From positions 65,023-129,022 of IMG/VR virus record IMGVR_UViG_3300021426_000071: a stretch of DNA of 64,000 bases; one strand, 5' to 3'. Both the position numbers and the translations under genes were made by a program. This document shows, in pieces, positions 20,701 to 33,800 of the stretch. Under the pieces are notes generated by a model. It ran no database searches, was not told where the DNA came from, and was given only the letters and a program-made list of their open reading frames with translations. Position 1 is the first letter of the stretch. Each line of letters starts with the position of its first letter. Source of the DNA: a virus. Taxonomy: Duplodnaviria; Caudoviricetes.

Positions 20701-23700
20701 ATATCCTTTATTTATGGGAGGATGATTTATATAAAAGAGTCGAATTGTGCGCACAGCTTATCGATGTGTTCATAGATTCTGGTGGCGAGATGCCAAATTA
20801 CCATTCTTTTAATTATTATATTAACGACAATGCCGAATTAAATCTGCGCTCAGAGATAATAATTCCATATCAAGAACAACCGTTAACAGCCTAACTAATG
20901 TCCTAATCATTTGGATAGGCGCATATTGTATTCTAGGAAACCGTAGAGACTGTAATAGTTGTATTGGTAACAATATGACTTCCGCTACTCTCCTATCATA
21001 TATAGGATGAAGATCCAGTCCGAACTGCGAATATAACCTTTGATTAAAATCGCAGAGTATGCCAGAAATGACATACCGCCTATTATTAATAGGTCATAAA
21101 AGTAACAGATTGACTATGTTTAAGACAATGTCGGCACGCATTCGCGGATCTTCTACCGAACTCGCCGAGCTTGGAGAAGAAGAAGACGAATTTACAAAAT
21201 CCACATCCAAACTCAGAGATCTCGTGAAGGGACTTACTGGGTTTGATATTCTGGAAGATGAGAATACATACAAAGATATATATGAAATAATTCGTGGAAT
21301 TGGTAAGGAATGGCAAAACCTTACGGATATGGAAAGGGCTTCATTAACAGAAGCTCTCGGCGGGAAAAGAGGAGTTAATACTCTATCTGCCGTGTTAAAC
21401 AATGTACAAATGCTTGAGGACGCCTATGCTGAGGCCGAAGGAGCAGAAGGGTCGGCAGGTGAAGAGCTAGAACATTATTCAGAAGGGCTTGAATGGTCAA
21501 TTGGTAGAGCAAAGGCATCATTAGAAGAACTTGCAAATGACTTTCTCAGTTCGAGCCTTTTAAAAGATCTTATTGAAGTGGCTAACACACTACTTCGCAT
21601 TGTTGATAACATCGTAGATAGTATAGGCAGTATACCAAGCATACTTGCTGCTATTACCGGGATGTCAACACTCAAGGGTTTGCTCGGTGCTGATAGTATC
21701 GTGGCTGATATATTTAAATCTGCCAATGAGGCGACTGGTGGAAAACCGCAGGAGACAATGCTTGGCAGTATTCGTGAGATGAAATCCCATAGAAAGGCTC
21801 TTAAAGAAGCAGCAGCTAAAGCCGCAAAAGAAACCGCAGAAGGAGCCTCTGCCGGGGTTGGGAAGGCTGCTATTTCTGGAGCTACAGACGCCATTGCTGA
21901 GGAAGGTACGGAAGCAATAATTAAAAAGGCAACCGAGGCAGTCGCTGAAGAAAGTACCGAGGCTATTGCAAAGACCGCAGGAGAAAGTGTTGTCGAGGGC
22001 GTATTTGGCGAAACCATTGAAGAGGGCGTTGAACGAACGATAGCCACTCTTAATGACGGAACAGTAATAAAAGCAACCAAAGGTTATGTAGCACCTGTGG
22101 CTCAGTCTGCTGGTGAAGCATTTGCGGAAAATATGGCAGAGAGCGCCGCAAATGTATCTGGTGTAATTGGAAATACTATTTTTAACGCTGAAGAAGAAGC
22201 AGTAGAACAGGCGGCACGAAGGTCTCTTAATATCGTGCCAAAATTCAATATCGCCGATGCGGCCACAGAAGGTGTCGGAGAAGCAGTCACCGATGCTGTT
22301 GGAGAAGCAGTCACCGATGCTGTTGGAGAAACCGTCGCCGAAGGAACTACTCGGGCTGTCGTACAAGGCGTAGAGAGCGCTGGTGCCGCTGGTGGAGCCG
22401 CAGCCGCATCTGCCGGAGGAAGTATTGGCGCAAAACTTGTCGCTGGTATTGTAGGCGCATTAGGGCCGATTGGAGCCGCTATTGCTGCCGCTGTTGCTGC
22501 CGCAGCCGTAATTGGGGGCGGCGTATATCTATATAATAAACACGAGAAGGCAGAACGCCAAAAACAATCTTCCGCTGCCGCAGAAGATTGGGAAACTGCC
22601 AAAGGTAGTTTAGAACGTTATGTTGCATCTTATCAGAGTCTTCATGAAAAGATGACAGATGCCAACAATTCAGAAGCAGAGACATATCAGTATAAAGAAC
22701 AGATTTATGCCCTTCAACAGGAGATAGTATCGGCATATGGAGAACAGGCCGCTGGCATTGATCTTATAAATGGTGATCTCCAGCAACAGTCTGATCTTAT
22801 TGAGCAAATTGGGGATAAGATTAGAGGTAATAATATCCTTCAAAATAAAGAGGCATTTCGTGATGCAAAGAACGAAATGCAAGGGCATCATAAACGAGAA
22901 TATGGATATCTTGGACAGCTTCCCGGAAGTGCTGATGTAGGTGTTGGTAAAGAGATTGCAGAAGTTGCAAATGAATTTGATAGTATCTCATTCATGCAAA
23001 ACGGTGAGACTCTTTCTTTCCATATAGATGCTGATGTGAATGACGCCATAAGCGATATTGATAAATTTGGGCAGAAATTAATTGAACTCAGAGATCAATA
23101 TGACGAAGACTCATTCGAATATAATAAAATTCAAGGAATAATAGACTCTGCAACAAATTCACAAAAGGCTGCGTTAGATATTGCCGACAAATTTGGTGCC
23201 CAATATGAAATGGCAATGCTGGACGAGGTCGAAGAAGGCCAAAAACAGTTGGTATCAAGATATGCAGAAGCTGTTACGAAATATAATAAAGCCCTTGCAT
23301 TAGGAGACAAAGAGGCTGTTGATGAGGCAAGTCAAGTTTTTGCTGAAGCCGAGGCAGACCGACAGGACTTTTTGTCGCAGGATAATAATAAAGATACTTA
23401 TGGTTTCTTATTTGATGATTATAAATTAGATGAGACTGCAAAAAGAAACTATGATTTAAAAGAAGTATTGCCAATAGCAGAACAATACAGTGGCATTGCG
23501 GATGGTGTTTCTGATATACAATCTGAGATGGAGAATTCTATTAGCCCTCAGAATCAATACAGGGACAATATTGTAGATATTACAACAAGTCTTAGCAAGC
23601 TAAAGAATCTAAACATGGATAAGGTTGATTTCTTATCTCAGTTTGACAGTATTCTAAATAGTGATGGCAATTTTACAGACGTCGAACAGGCTATTATGGA

Positions 23701-26700
23701 CGTTGGTCACGCATTTGGAATTGCGTTCAATAATACCGAGGATGCGAAACATCAATTTGATGGTTTAGCAACTACGCTTAGCAACTTTGGGTATCTGTAT
23801 AGTGGTGTCGAAGACGAGGTATCTAAGTCATCTGTTAGTATTGCAGAGTTTGCTTCGAGTATTACTTCTGAAATAACAAAACTCGATGGTGTAAACGCCG
23901 CACTGGTTAATAACTTCAAGTCTTCTGGTCTTTCTGTCGCATGGGACGAAGAAACTGGCAAAATAACTGGCGACGTTGCCAATATCCGAGATGCATATGG
24001 TGACCTTGCGGGATATAACGAGGCGAAGCTTTTTACCAGAATGTCAACTGGCGTTAAGTTAAATGTTGAAGAACTTCGTAGGCTTCGCAAGGAGCAGGAA
24101 TTAATCAACAAAGAGGCTTTCGCAAAACAGCAAACCGACCTTACAAATAAGTTGGCTGAAGCTTATAGGAATCTTTCAAATGCGGCTACAGATGCAGAGC
24201 GTAAGGCTGCATTAGATAACGCTCTGGATATTGAGGCAAAGATTCGCGACGCAAAAATGCTCGAAAGTCAATACGACGCTCAAACATCCGCATATCAAAA
24301 ATGGTTAGATGCACAGTCTGCCGGAGAACAAGGTGATATTTACGACAATCTTCGTAGTACCGCAATCACCCGTGGAGACGAACTTCTGAACAAACGTCTT
24401 GTTGGTACAGAAGAATTCAGAGCAATTGCAGAATTGGTTTCCGGGCAGGATCTTAGTACAGCATCTCTTCAAGCGGTGATTGATGCCTATCAGGGGATCG
24501 ATACGGTAGTCGAAGGAACATCGTATAAGTTACGCGACTTCTTTACCGAGGGGCAAGAAGGGACGGATAAGTTCGGCGAGGCAATGGTCGAACTTGGAAT
24601 CGCCACAAAAGATGCTAATGATTATATTCACTTTGAGAATCTCAATATTGATGAGGTCGCCGAAAAGTTTGGAACTAGCACAGACGTGATCGAGTCCATC
24701 TTTGGCAAGATGAAAGATTACGGATGGAATATTACATGGTTCGATTCAGATACTCTATCTCAGCTTAACGAGGCCGATAGTAAAATAACGTCTATTGGCG
24801 AAAAGATGGCTGCTGCTAATAAGGGTGCCAAAACACAAGTGCAGTCTAGTCTTTTTGATACTTCAAATCTTACCACTGTAGACGCCATTTCTGATCGTAT
24901 CAATATTGTTCAGGGTATGCTCAATCATACCACCCAAATGAATATAGATCCGACACAGGCGGAGCTTTTAGGTCAACTTCTTGATGAACTCATTAAAAAG
25001 AAGCAGCTTCTTGAGGTTGGTGACGGTGGAACAAATCCGTACTCTCTTGAGTCGTTAACAACTACAAAAACCGCATTTGATCAGTTGCTTGAGAAAGCTC
25101 AAGAAGTACAAAGCTTTCAAAATATGGACTTTGAAGTTGATATTGAAGGGGACGAGCAGCTTCAACAACTTGTTGATTATTTAGCGAATCAGCCAGAGGA
25201 TGTTCAGGTAAAATTTGGTATCGAAGCTGGCGCTACATCGGAACAAATCATGCAGTCTATATTAGATGGCACATTTATTCAAAAGGCAAATCAGGCCGCC
25301 GCCGCTGCGGGTAAGGTTAATGCTTCTGCTTCAAAAACAAAGCAGCCATCTCAACAGGCCGTGCAAAAGAAACTTGAGATACAAGAAGAAAGGATAGATA
25401 AGAAAGAGACAAGCACAAAAGAAAATATTGAAACGAACGTTGAAAATAACGAAATAAATGTCGAAACAAATGGCGTAGAGGAAGCAAATCAAGAATTAGA
25501 AGGTGTAAAACAGGAGGCGGCAGAGGGCGCAACCCTTCCGGTTGATGCCGATACAACAGAGGCAGAAAACGCCAAGGGTGTCATAGATTCAATGGAAGAC
25601 AAAGACGTTGGCGTCGAGGCCAATGTTGATGGAACATCCGATGTAGAGGATTTAATAGGAAAAATCAATAATTTAAATGGGAAAACCGTACAAGTTGCTG
25701 TCTCTGTGAGTGGTCTTGACGCTTTAAAAGATACGGTTTCTTACCAAAATCAATTACAAGATAAGAAGGTCAAATATACAACAGAATACGTCACAGTACG
25801 CACAACTATAACCAACAATAAAGGCGGCAACGGTGGCAAAGGCGGCAACGGCGGCGGCGACGTTAATGGCACCGCCCACAGCTACGGAACTGCTATCTCC
25901 CACTTTGGTGGCTCCGCGTTTGCCAAAGGGGATTGGAGAACGAAAAAGACAGAGACTGCGTTGGTTGGCGAACTTGGGCCTGAGATTCTTGTAAGAGGCG
26001 ATACTGGAACTTGGGAAACCATTGGAGATGAAGGCGCAGAATTTGCAAGAATCCCTAAAGGGTCTATCATTTTCAATCATAAACAGACAGAGCAGTTATT
26101 AAAAAATGGATATGTAACTGGTCGCGGAAAGATGGTTGGTGGTAATGCTCTTGCTGGCGGAACTGCGCATGCTGATTATGTATCAGGCGGATCTCAAACT
26201 TTTGTTATTAAGCAGGCTACGGTTATCAGTGATGCAAAAACGATTAGTAGTAGTACGCACGATAGCGGGAAGAGCAGTATAGGTAGAACTCCATCGGAAA
26301 AAGCAAAAGAAACAAATAAACAAAAACTTGATCCCACAGCATTTGACTGGATTGAACGTCTACTGGAAAATCTTAATACTCAGTTGGAACGTTTTAAGAG
26401 TTTAGGAGAGCTTTATACAAAATATACCGCGCAGAACAAAGAGCTTGACAGCGCAATTAAAACCGCTCAAAAATTGGTTGACGCTAATACACATGCCGCC
26501 ACTCGTTATATGGTAAATGCTGAAAGATTTTTCAGAGGTTATACATATACCGATGAGGCTGGAAAAGAAAGAATACTGTTTAATTCAGATAATAAAAAGG
26601 CGGGGGTTAATAAGCGTGTAAAATGGAAGGGATATAATGTTTACGGAGATAAAACCGTAAAACATTATATGAAGCTTGTGCAGAGCGGAAAACTCCAAAG

Positions 26701-29700
26701 AGATCCTTATACTGGAAAATTAACAAATAATGATATCCAAAAAATCGGAGACAAGAATCTGGCCGAAGCCATACAAGAGTATATGGATCTTTATGATAAA
26801 GCAACTCAGGCGAAACAGGCTGTTATTGATAATAGGATTGAACTTCAAGAACTTGCCAGACAAAAATTAGACAATATTATTGATGATTATGACAAGGTCG
26901 TTGAAAAGGCACAAGCCCTTTATGATTTAAATCAAGAAAATTATACTCTTTTAAAGAATACTAAGAGCACTTCGTCGGGTGGAAAAACAGTTCAACCAGA
27001 GGCATTTAATGCGAATATTGAGGCGCAAATTAAAAATCAAGAAACTATTGTCAAGCAAAGGGAAAAAGAACGTCAGGCGTTAGAGAAGGAATATAAAGCA
27101 AGAGTAAAACTTGATAAGATCAATAAAAAGAACCAGTTTAAGAAAGACGGTTCCTCGAAGACTACTGGACGGCTTCTATCCGACGATGACAGGAAGCAAT
27201 ATGAGATAGATCTTCTTAATATTCAAAAAGAAGAAGCTGCTGCAAACAATCAATTAAATGAGCTTTATAAACAGCAGCGCGATCTTATCAAAGAGTTACA
27301 TGATAGCACTATTTCGTATCATCAATCTCAGGTTGATTATAATAATTCACAATATGAGGCACTACAGGCACAAAAGGGAATACTGAACTCAGATAACGAG
27401 GTCAGTAAGAAATATTATGACTATTTAAATGAAGAAATGTCGAGAACCACCAGTATCATAAACGAGAATAAGGCATCCGCAAAAGCGTATAATGATGAAA
27501 TTAAAAGACAGATAAAAAATGGTCGTCTGACAAAGGGGTCTGAACCTTGGAAAGAGGCGATGTCTACATATTATGCGATGCTTCAGGCAGAGCAAGAAGC
27601 GAATGTACAACTGGCAAACCTCCGTGACAGGATTCGTGAACTTAACTGGGCCTCTTTCAATAATGCAATTGAAATTCTTGGTCATCTTAACACACAACTC
27701 GAAAGCACGCTGTCGCTCTTCAGCGATCTCAATGCTTTTAACGAGAAAGGTAATGTAACAACGAGTGGAATTGCTCAGTATAATCTTCTCGCAGAGCAAA
27801 TCAATGTTGCTAAACAGGAAACTGCTGATTATAAGTATGCGATTGAGCAATTAGCCAAGGAGAAAAAGAACGGTCTTATTACAGAAGAGCAGTACCAAAA
27901 GGCCCTTCGTGAGAATCAGGAGAATATGCTCAAGTCCGCGAACAGCGTCAAGAAGTATCGCGACTCTGTACTCTCTCTCATCAAAGACGGCATCCAGAAA
28001 GAGACCGAGCATCTTAAGGAACTGATTAGCACGCGTAAGGAAGCATTAAAGCGTCAGAAGGATGCGGATGATTACGCAAAAACTGTTGCGCAGAAGTCAA
28101 AGGACATCCAGAAGACACAAGCCCAAATTGCGGCGATGGCAGGAGATACTACTCTCGCCACTCAGGCTAAGGTAAAACAGCTTCGTGAACAACTTGCCCA
28201 GCAAGAAGAAGAACTCACTAAGACACGGCAGGATCATGCATATGACATCTACACACAAGGTCTTGATGATGAAACAACCGCTCTCGAGAAGGCACAAAAA
28301 GAGCGCATTACGGAATTAGAGTCCGATCTTGCTAAACAAAACGCGGCTATTAAGGATGCTTTAAACAAGAGTCGAAAACAGTATAATAATACTTATAATT
28401 TCCTCTCAACTATAGCAAAACAGTATGGCATTAAACTTGAAGAAGACATTACCAATCCTTGGAAAAAGGGATCTGATGCAGCCAATGAATATAAAAAGGC
28501 TGTTAGTAAAATTCCTAAAAATAATGCCACTATTGCCACAGATTTAAATGGTGGTTATACAGATAAGAAGGGTTCGTCCAGCAGTAAAAAGACTACAAGT
28601 ACAAGCAAAAAATCCACCGCTAAAAAGAAGAATCCAACCCAACAGGCTAAAGAAAAACTCAACAATGCCAGAAACGCTTTAAAGAATGCACAAAAGACGG
28701 TTCTTGCCAAGCAGGATGCATTTAATACTGCCAAGTCTAAATACGGAGCAAGTTCAGAACAGGCGAAGAAAGCAAAGGCTGCTATTACCACCGCTCAGGC
28801 AAATCTTAAAACCAAGACCACGGCATATAATTCAGCGGTAAGCAATGCCGCCAAGTATGGCATTAACACCAAAGAATCTGCGGAGACGGTGAAAAATACC
28901 GCCGCTCTTGAAAGGGCAGAAGCGCTTCAGAAGACTGCGAACGAGCAGAGAAAGAAAGCAAATGAAAATTTGCAGACCGCTCAGGCAAAGTTGGAAAAAT
29001 CAATAAGTTCTATGAAGGATTTAGAGGCTAAAATTTCAGATCTGAAAGCGACACTTAAAGTAGCAAAATCTAATAATGATTCCGAAACAGTAGCAGCAAC
29101 CCAAAAGAAGCTGACAGCTGCGCAGAACTCTTTGACAATCGCAAAGGCAAAAGTTAACAGTGCCAGCGACGGTGTTAATCAAGCAAAGCAAAAGGTGACT
29201 AATGCCGCCGTAAGCGCTACAAACAAGAAAGCCGCTGTAAATAGGGCTACGGATAACTTGGCTTATTCAAAAGAAAAGGATAATCAAAATGCAAAAACGG
29301 ATGCCAAGAATGCTATTAACACAGGCAAAGCGCGTAGTAAAAAGCTGTCTGCGGCTGACAAGAAACTGTCTGCTCTGGATCAGTATATTATTCAAAAGTA
29401 TGGCAGAACGCCTACAAACGCAATTGATAAAAAGATTGCAAAAGCACTCGGCATCTCTACAAGCACCACAATGACCGCAAAGCAGAAAACCGCAACGCTT
29501 AACGCCATGAAAAAGCTTGGTCTTCGCAGCGGCGCTTATCGTGCTGGTGGCGGCTGGCGTCTTACGGACGAAGACGGAATCGGCTCAGAGGCAATCCTTA
29601 CTAAAGAAGGAGTACTTCGTCAGCTTGATGCTCGTGACACCGTCTTCAATGCAAAACAGCGTCAGGCGCTTTGGGATCTTTCTAAGATGGATGTCCCGAG

Positions 29701-29905
29701 TCTGCTGAGCGATATTAAAGCTGCGTCTCTCTCTCGCGCTGGCGGCGACGTGAGAATTGAGAACCATTATGATTCTCTTCTGACGGTGAATGGCAACGTT
29801 GATCGGAATGCGTTGCCCGAACTGCAAGAGATTCTTAGAAAGTCCTACGAATATACAACAAAGCAGATGCACTCTGACTTTAAGAAACATATCGGAGGAC
29901 GTTAA
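14733..29905 (+). CDS. Tape measure protein, spliced: join(14733..19805,21113..29905), ~4621 aa
   Basis: The TMP core (ELRKVS...TADWSRLGY...NAVANNFAI...ALQRSAAA) continues in frame across the intron as VQDPASVG|TMFKTMSARIRG. Long coiled-coil; GELGPE motif; followed by Dit. Confidence 0.88.
19806..21112 (+). mobile_element. Group I intron (1307 nt) with a homing endonuclease in P6
   Basis: P1: exon GTGGGT / GCCCAC 19813-19818 with U-G at the splice site. P3: AGTAGC 19845-19850 / GCTACT 20984-20989. P7: G(A)GACTG 20946-20952 / CAGTCC 21016-21021. P6 stem CCTAGAATA 19893-19901 / TATTCTAGG 20929-20937 encloses the ORF. Terminal G at 21112. Confidence 0.9.
19965..20894 (+). CDS. Intron-encoded endonuclease: three Zn-ribbon (CxxC...FCSxxC) repeats plus a Vsr/DUF559-like (EDxHD-type) nuclease domain
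   Basis: Three CxxCGK...FCSxxC repeats; C-terminal TKPQ...LDNY...IEVMGDFWH...DKAK...LWE pattern; own GAGG RBS. Confidence 0.8.
   Translation: MPRKGDLKGVYVPCENCGKILYRTPYRMNKNTHQFCSNQCQMEYEHKQRFEDRKCEVCGKVMHLSKLSTQRFCSELCQHEWQKTRVGDLNPKTKRVEVQCDWCGKMFTKTPSVYALTDRHFCSNECRRNWYAKVLSQQDSWKAASRDRCLNMLAAGEISHTNTKPQIIVNDILTDKNIKFENEHICGFYSLDNYLLESNLAIEVMGDFWHASPLKYNIDNLYPNQRKAIGRDKAKRTYAKKYYDMDILYLWEDDLYKRVELCAQLIDVFIDSGGEMPNYHSFNYYINDNAELNLRSEIIIPYQEQPLTA
22277..22330 (+). repeat. 24-bp in-frame tandem repeat in the TMP (GEAVTDAV x2+)
   Basis: GGAGAAGCAGTCACCGATGCTGTT occurs twice, followed by GGAGAA. Confidence 0.8.
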
Positions 29906-29914
29906 AATCATTAC

Positions 29915-29952
29915 TGGCAACCACATCTTTTAATAGGTGTGGTTGCTATTTT
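29915..29952 (+). terminator. Intrinsic terminator after the TMP gene
   Basis: TGGCAACCACATC / GGTGTGGTTGCTA hairpin plus TTTT. Confidence 0.65.
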
Positions 29953-29969
29953 AATAAAGGAGTCAAATT

Positions 29970-30782
29970 ATGATACTTCATGCGAAAGACTTTACATATA
30001 ACGGCACATCGTTGTCCGACATTAACGAAGATTTCATTGTGATTTCTTTCGGGGATGGAGGTCATAACAGTGACGTGGAATTATTAACGCGCACAGTCAA
30101 CCGAAGCCATGTATCTTATGATCAGCCGATTACATTCGATTATGGCGCGGTTGATAGTGATGTTTTTACTTTTACACTTACGATTTGTCATAAAGATGGC
30201 GGAGACATTACCCGCGCTGAAGCAAAGGAGCTTATTAGTTGGCTGATGTCTCCAGTCGTTCCGCAGTGGCTGTCAATTGAGGGGTGCGGGAACGAGGTAT
30301 ATGAAGATATCTTTTACAAAGGGCGCTTTGTCCATGCGGGATATGAGGATATTAGCGATACACGCAAGATTGGTATGACTTTTAATTTTGAGAACATAGC
30401 CCCATACGGCTTCACAAAGGAATATACATATCAGTTTCCGACATCAAGCGGATCAATGTCAGGAGATATTGAGAATCTTGGGACGGCGGTCGGAAAGACT
30501 GTTCTGCCGGAGATCAGGATTACGCCGAATGCTTCTGGCCGTGTAACAATCAATAATACTGCGGATTCCAGTGTTGGAGCGCTCTCGATCAATGTAACAA
30601 ATGGCCAGCCAGTTATTCTCAGGAATTACGCTTGCTATCTTACAGATGGATCTTTATATGATTTGGATAAAATGGATAACTTTAACTGGGTCGTCCTAAA
30701 GGATGGCATAAATACTATTACAATTACTGGCGACTGCACGGTAACCATGAAGGTTCGATATTTTGAGGCGCTCGGCGTCTGA
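29970..30782 (+). CDS. Distal tail protein (Dit)
   Basis: Directly follows the TMP. FTYNG-x-x-L start, APYGF and L-x-x-G-x-N-x-I motifs are typical of Dit. Confidence 0.8.
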   Translation: MILHAKDFTYNGTSLSDINEDFIVISFGDGGHNSDVELLTRTVNRSHVSYDQPITFDYGAVDSDVFTFTLTICHKDGGDITRAEAKELISWLMSPVVPQWLSIEGCGNEVYEDIFYKGRFVHAGYEDISDTRKIGMTFNFENIAPYGFTKEYTYQFPTSSGSMSGDIENLGTAVGKTVLPEIRITPNASGRVTINNTADSSVGALSINVTNGQPVILRNYACYLTDGSLYDLDKMDNFNWVVLKDGINTITITGDCTVTMKVRYFEALGV

Positions 30783-30800
30783 TAGAAGGGAGTGTGTGCA

Positions 30801-33800
30801 GTGGCATTAATTGATATGGTTCATACACAAAACGGTGTGATAGCCGTAGACAGCGATGCATATGGCCGGAGCAAAGAATTCAGCGCATACATTCTAAATC
30901 CTGCCAGAAAACCGATCTGTCGAATTGGCGGCATTACGCAGTTTGATATAGATTTAAAGTTTAACGACATCAGCGAAATATCATTTGAGGTTCGCAGATA
31001 TGTCACTGATGCTTCAACATATGAACAGGTGGAAAACCCGGCCTATATCTACATTCATTCTTTTTGTGAGATCTACGTGCCGGAACTGGGACAAAAGGGA
31101 TTTTTTATTATTAACGAGGAACCAACCATAGAAGCGACCAGTACGGTAGATGAATTTAAAACCTTTGTCGCACAGTCTTATGAGAGCGTTTTGCAGTACG
31201 AAAACTTGGTGCTCTTTGATATCAACCAAGGAACGGTGACGAGTCAAGAATATAATACTGGTGAAAAGATCCGGCTGTATTATCCAGAAAAGGAGACGCA
31301 CAGCCTACTGCACCTTGCTCTTAAGGATGACTACTATGGATGGCGGATCGGCGAGGTTGATCCGGCCATAGCCAATTTAGAGCGCAGTTTTTCTGTAGAT
31401 AACCAGAATGTATACGCGTTCTTCGGCTCAGAGGTCTCCACCGCCTTTAGATGTGTTTTTGATTATGATACGGATCATAAGCTGATCAATGTTTATAGCC
31501 TTGAGACTGTCGGCAAAAACAGTAATGTATATATGTCATTCAGCCATATGGTTCATGATCTTAACATTGCTCCGGCTGTCACAGATATCTATACGGTCTT
31601 TAACGTCGAGGGCGCTGATGGTCTCAATATCAACGATATCAATTTCGGAAGCAGCAAGATTTATAATATCGACTATCCTCTCTCTCAGGTTGATGAGGAT
31701 CTGGCCGAGAGGTATAGACGGTTTGAGAAATATAGGGACGATCTTAGAAAGCAGTATGCCAAAATCTCAATTGACTATGCCGACCTTATGGCAAGAAAGG
31801 CCGCTATTGAAGATAGACAGCCGGACAGTTTGCTGGACAACAACTGGGCTTCTCCTTCCTACTCTCTTGATGAATTGAAACTCGCTCTGGAGAACTGCAA
31901 GATTATTGTGGAAGAAATCGAACGAGAGTATACCATGCCGGATGGCACGATTGATTATGATGATCTCGATCAACATGCGGAGGCATCTCAGTACTACTCT
32001 TACAAAAATGTGGCTATTCCAGATCTTACTTCTGAGATAACCAAGCGCAAGGCATCAGATGTTCATGCCGCTAAAACCGTTGAACAGGAATTTGAGTTTG
32101 ATCTCTATGGACTTAATGACCTGATCGCTGAGCGACAGAATCTCCAAAACCAGATCGATGTCCTGATTGAAGGTGGGTATAACACAAAGAAGAATACTGT
32201 AAGTATTGATGATGTATCTTATAACGAAAAGTATGAGATGTATGTCAAATATAATGAATACATCGAAAAAGTAGATAAGATGATCAAGAAGAAAAAGGCT
32301 CAGGTTAAAGAACTTGATAAGCAAATGGAGGCGCTCAACGATAAACGCAAATATATTGCTTATCTGGCCAGACTTGAGAATCATAGCTTCGATCAGCATT
32401 TAACAACAAATACAGGATCTCCTATCGTAACGTCTGATGGTCAGTATCTTGTTAGCGACCTGATGAGTACAGAGGATCTATTCTTTTCCAGAGAAGAGAT
32501 CGCGCTTATTAAGACGCTTTATCGTGAAAGTGATTATTCCGATGATAACTATCTGATTACAGAACTTGACGATGTTGCAAGTACGATTAATACACAAAAG
32601 GAGTTATACGAGGCTGCGGTTAAGCGGCTGGACATTGAGTCTCATCCACAGATGTCATGGACTATTTCGTCTGACGATCTGTTTGATATGGATGAGTTCA
32701 GGCCGCTCAGAGATAACCTGAGAATTGGTGATTTTATTATCCTTGATTATGGCAATGTAGATTATTATTCCAGAAGACTTAATGACGACAGTCATCTGAT
32801 TGGGGAAGATGGAACGCCAATTATCGAGGAGGACGGAGACGATATTGCCAGTGAGACTGAATATGAACATGCAGTAAAGATGCGTTGTGTCAGCTTCAGT
32901 TTCAGCGGTCTGAAAACATTTACGGATTTCAGTATCATGTTCTCCACAATGACCAATTCTAAATATCAGCAGAACGACTATGAGTCTATCCTCAATGACT
33001 ATATCACATCGAAGACGAATGCGATCTCTGTGAGAGCAAGTTCTGCCGCAGAGACAGCTGCTGGCAATATAGCCGCATCGCTTATTCGTCCTTACATTCA
33101 GATCCTGAACGCGCAAATCGAAAAGGCGGAAATCCAGTCCGCTTCTATTCAGGAACTTGAGGCTGTATATGGTCATTTCGCAACGTTGATCGTGGACTAT
33201 CTGAAGGCCGAGGAAGCCGATATTAAATACGCCACGGTTGACATGATGAACGTTGATCTGATTCAAAGTCGCGATGGGTCTTCGTGGTGGAATCTGGAAA
33301 CTGGAGAGATGAATTTGGCCGGATATACGATCACGGTCGTAACCGAATATGCAGTAAATACCTCTCCCACTACTCCCCCACCCGACTCCGCTTTCGCAGA
33401 GAGCGATCCGCCGAATACACCGCCTACTCCTGCCACAGGAGAATATGTATGGCAAAGAATGGTTCTGGTTAGTGGAGGCACAGAACGTCATCTGAGTACG
33501 CCTGTATGTATACAGGGTGTTCCGGGCGAAAAGGGAGAATCGGTTGTGGCAGTATCCGGCCTCAGTTCGGAAGGACTGGTTCTCAAGAATAACAAGAAAT
33601 CAACGACTATAACGATTACCGTTCAAAAGGGAACGACGTTAATAACTGATATGACAACTTTACGACAGGAGTTTGGAAATGACGTAAAGATTTTCTGGTA
33701 TATAAAACAAATGGGCGACACAGCTTATACGATTATTCCAGAGAATGATTCCAGAATTAAAAATGATGGATTCGCTCTGACTGTTTTGGCATCCGACATA

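Noticed and set aside
21059-21112. ORF-track start of the 2948-aa protein
   Set aside because: The first 18 codons lie inside the intron's 3' end; the exon begins at 21113.
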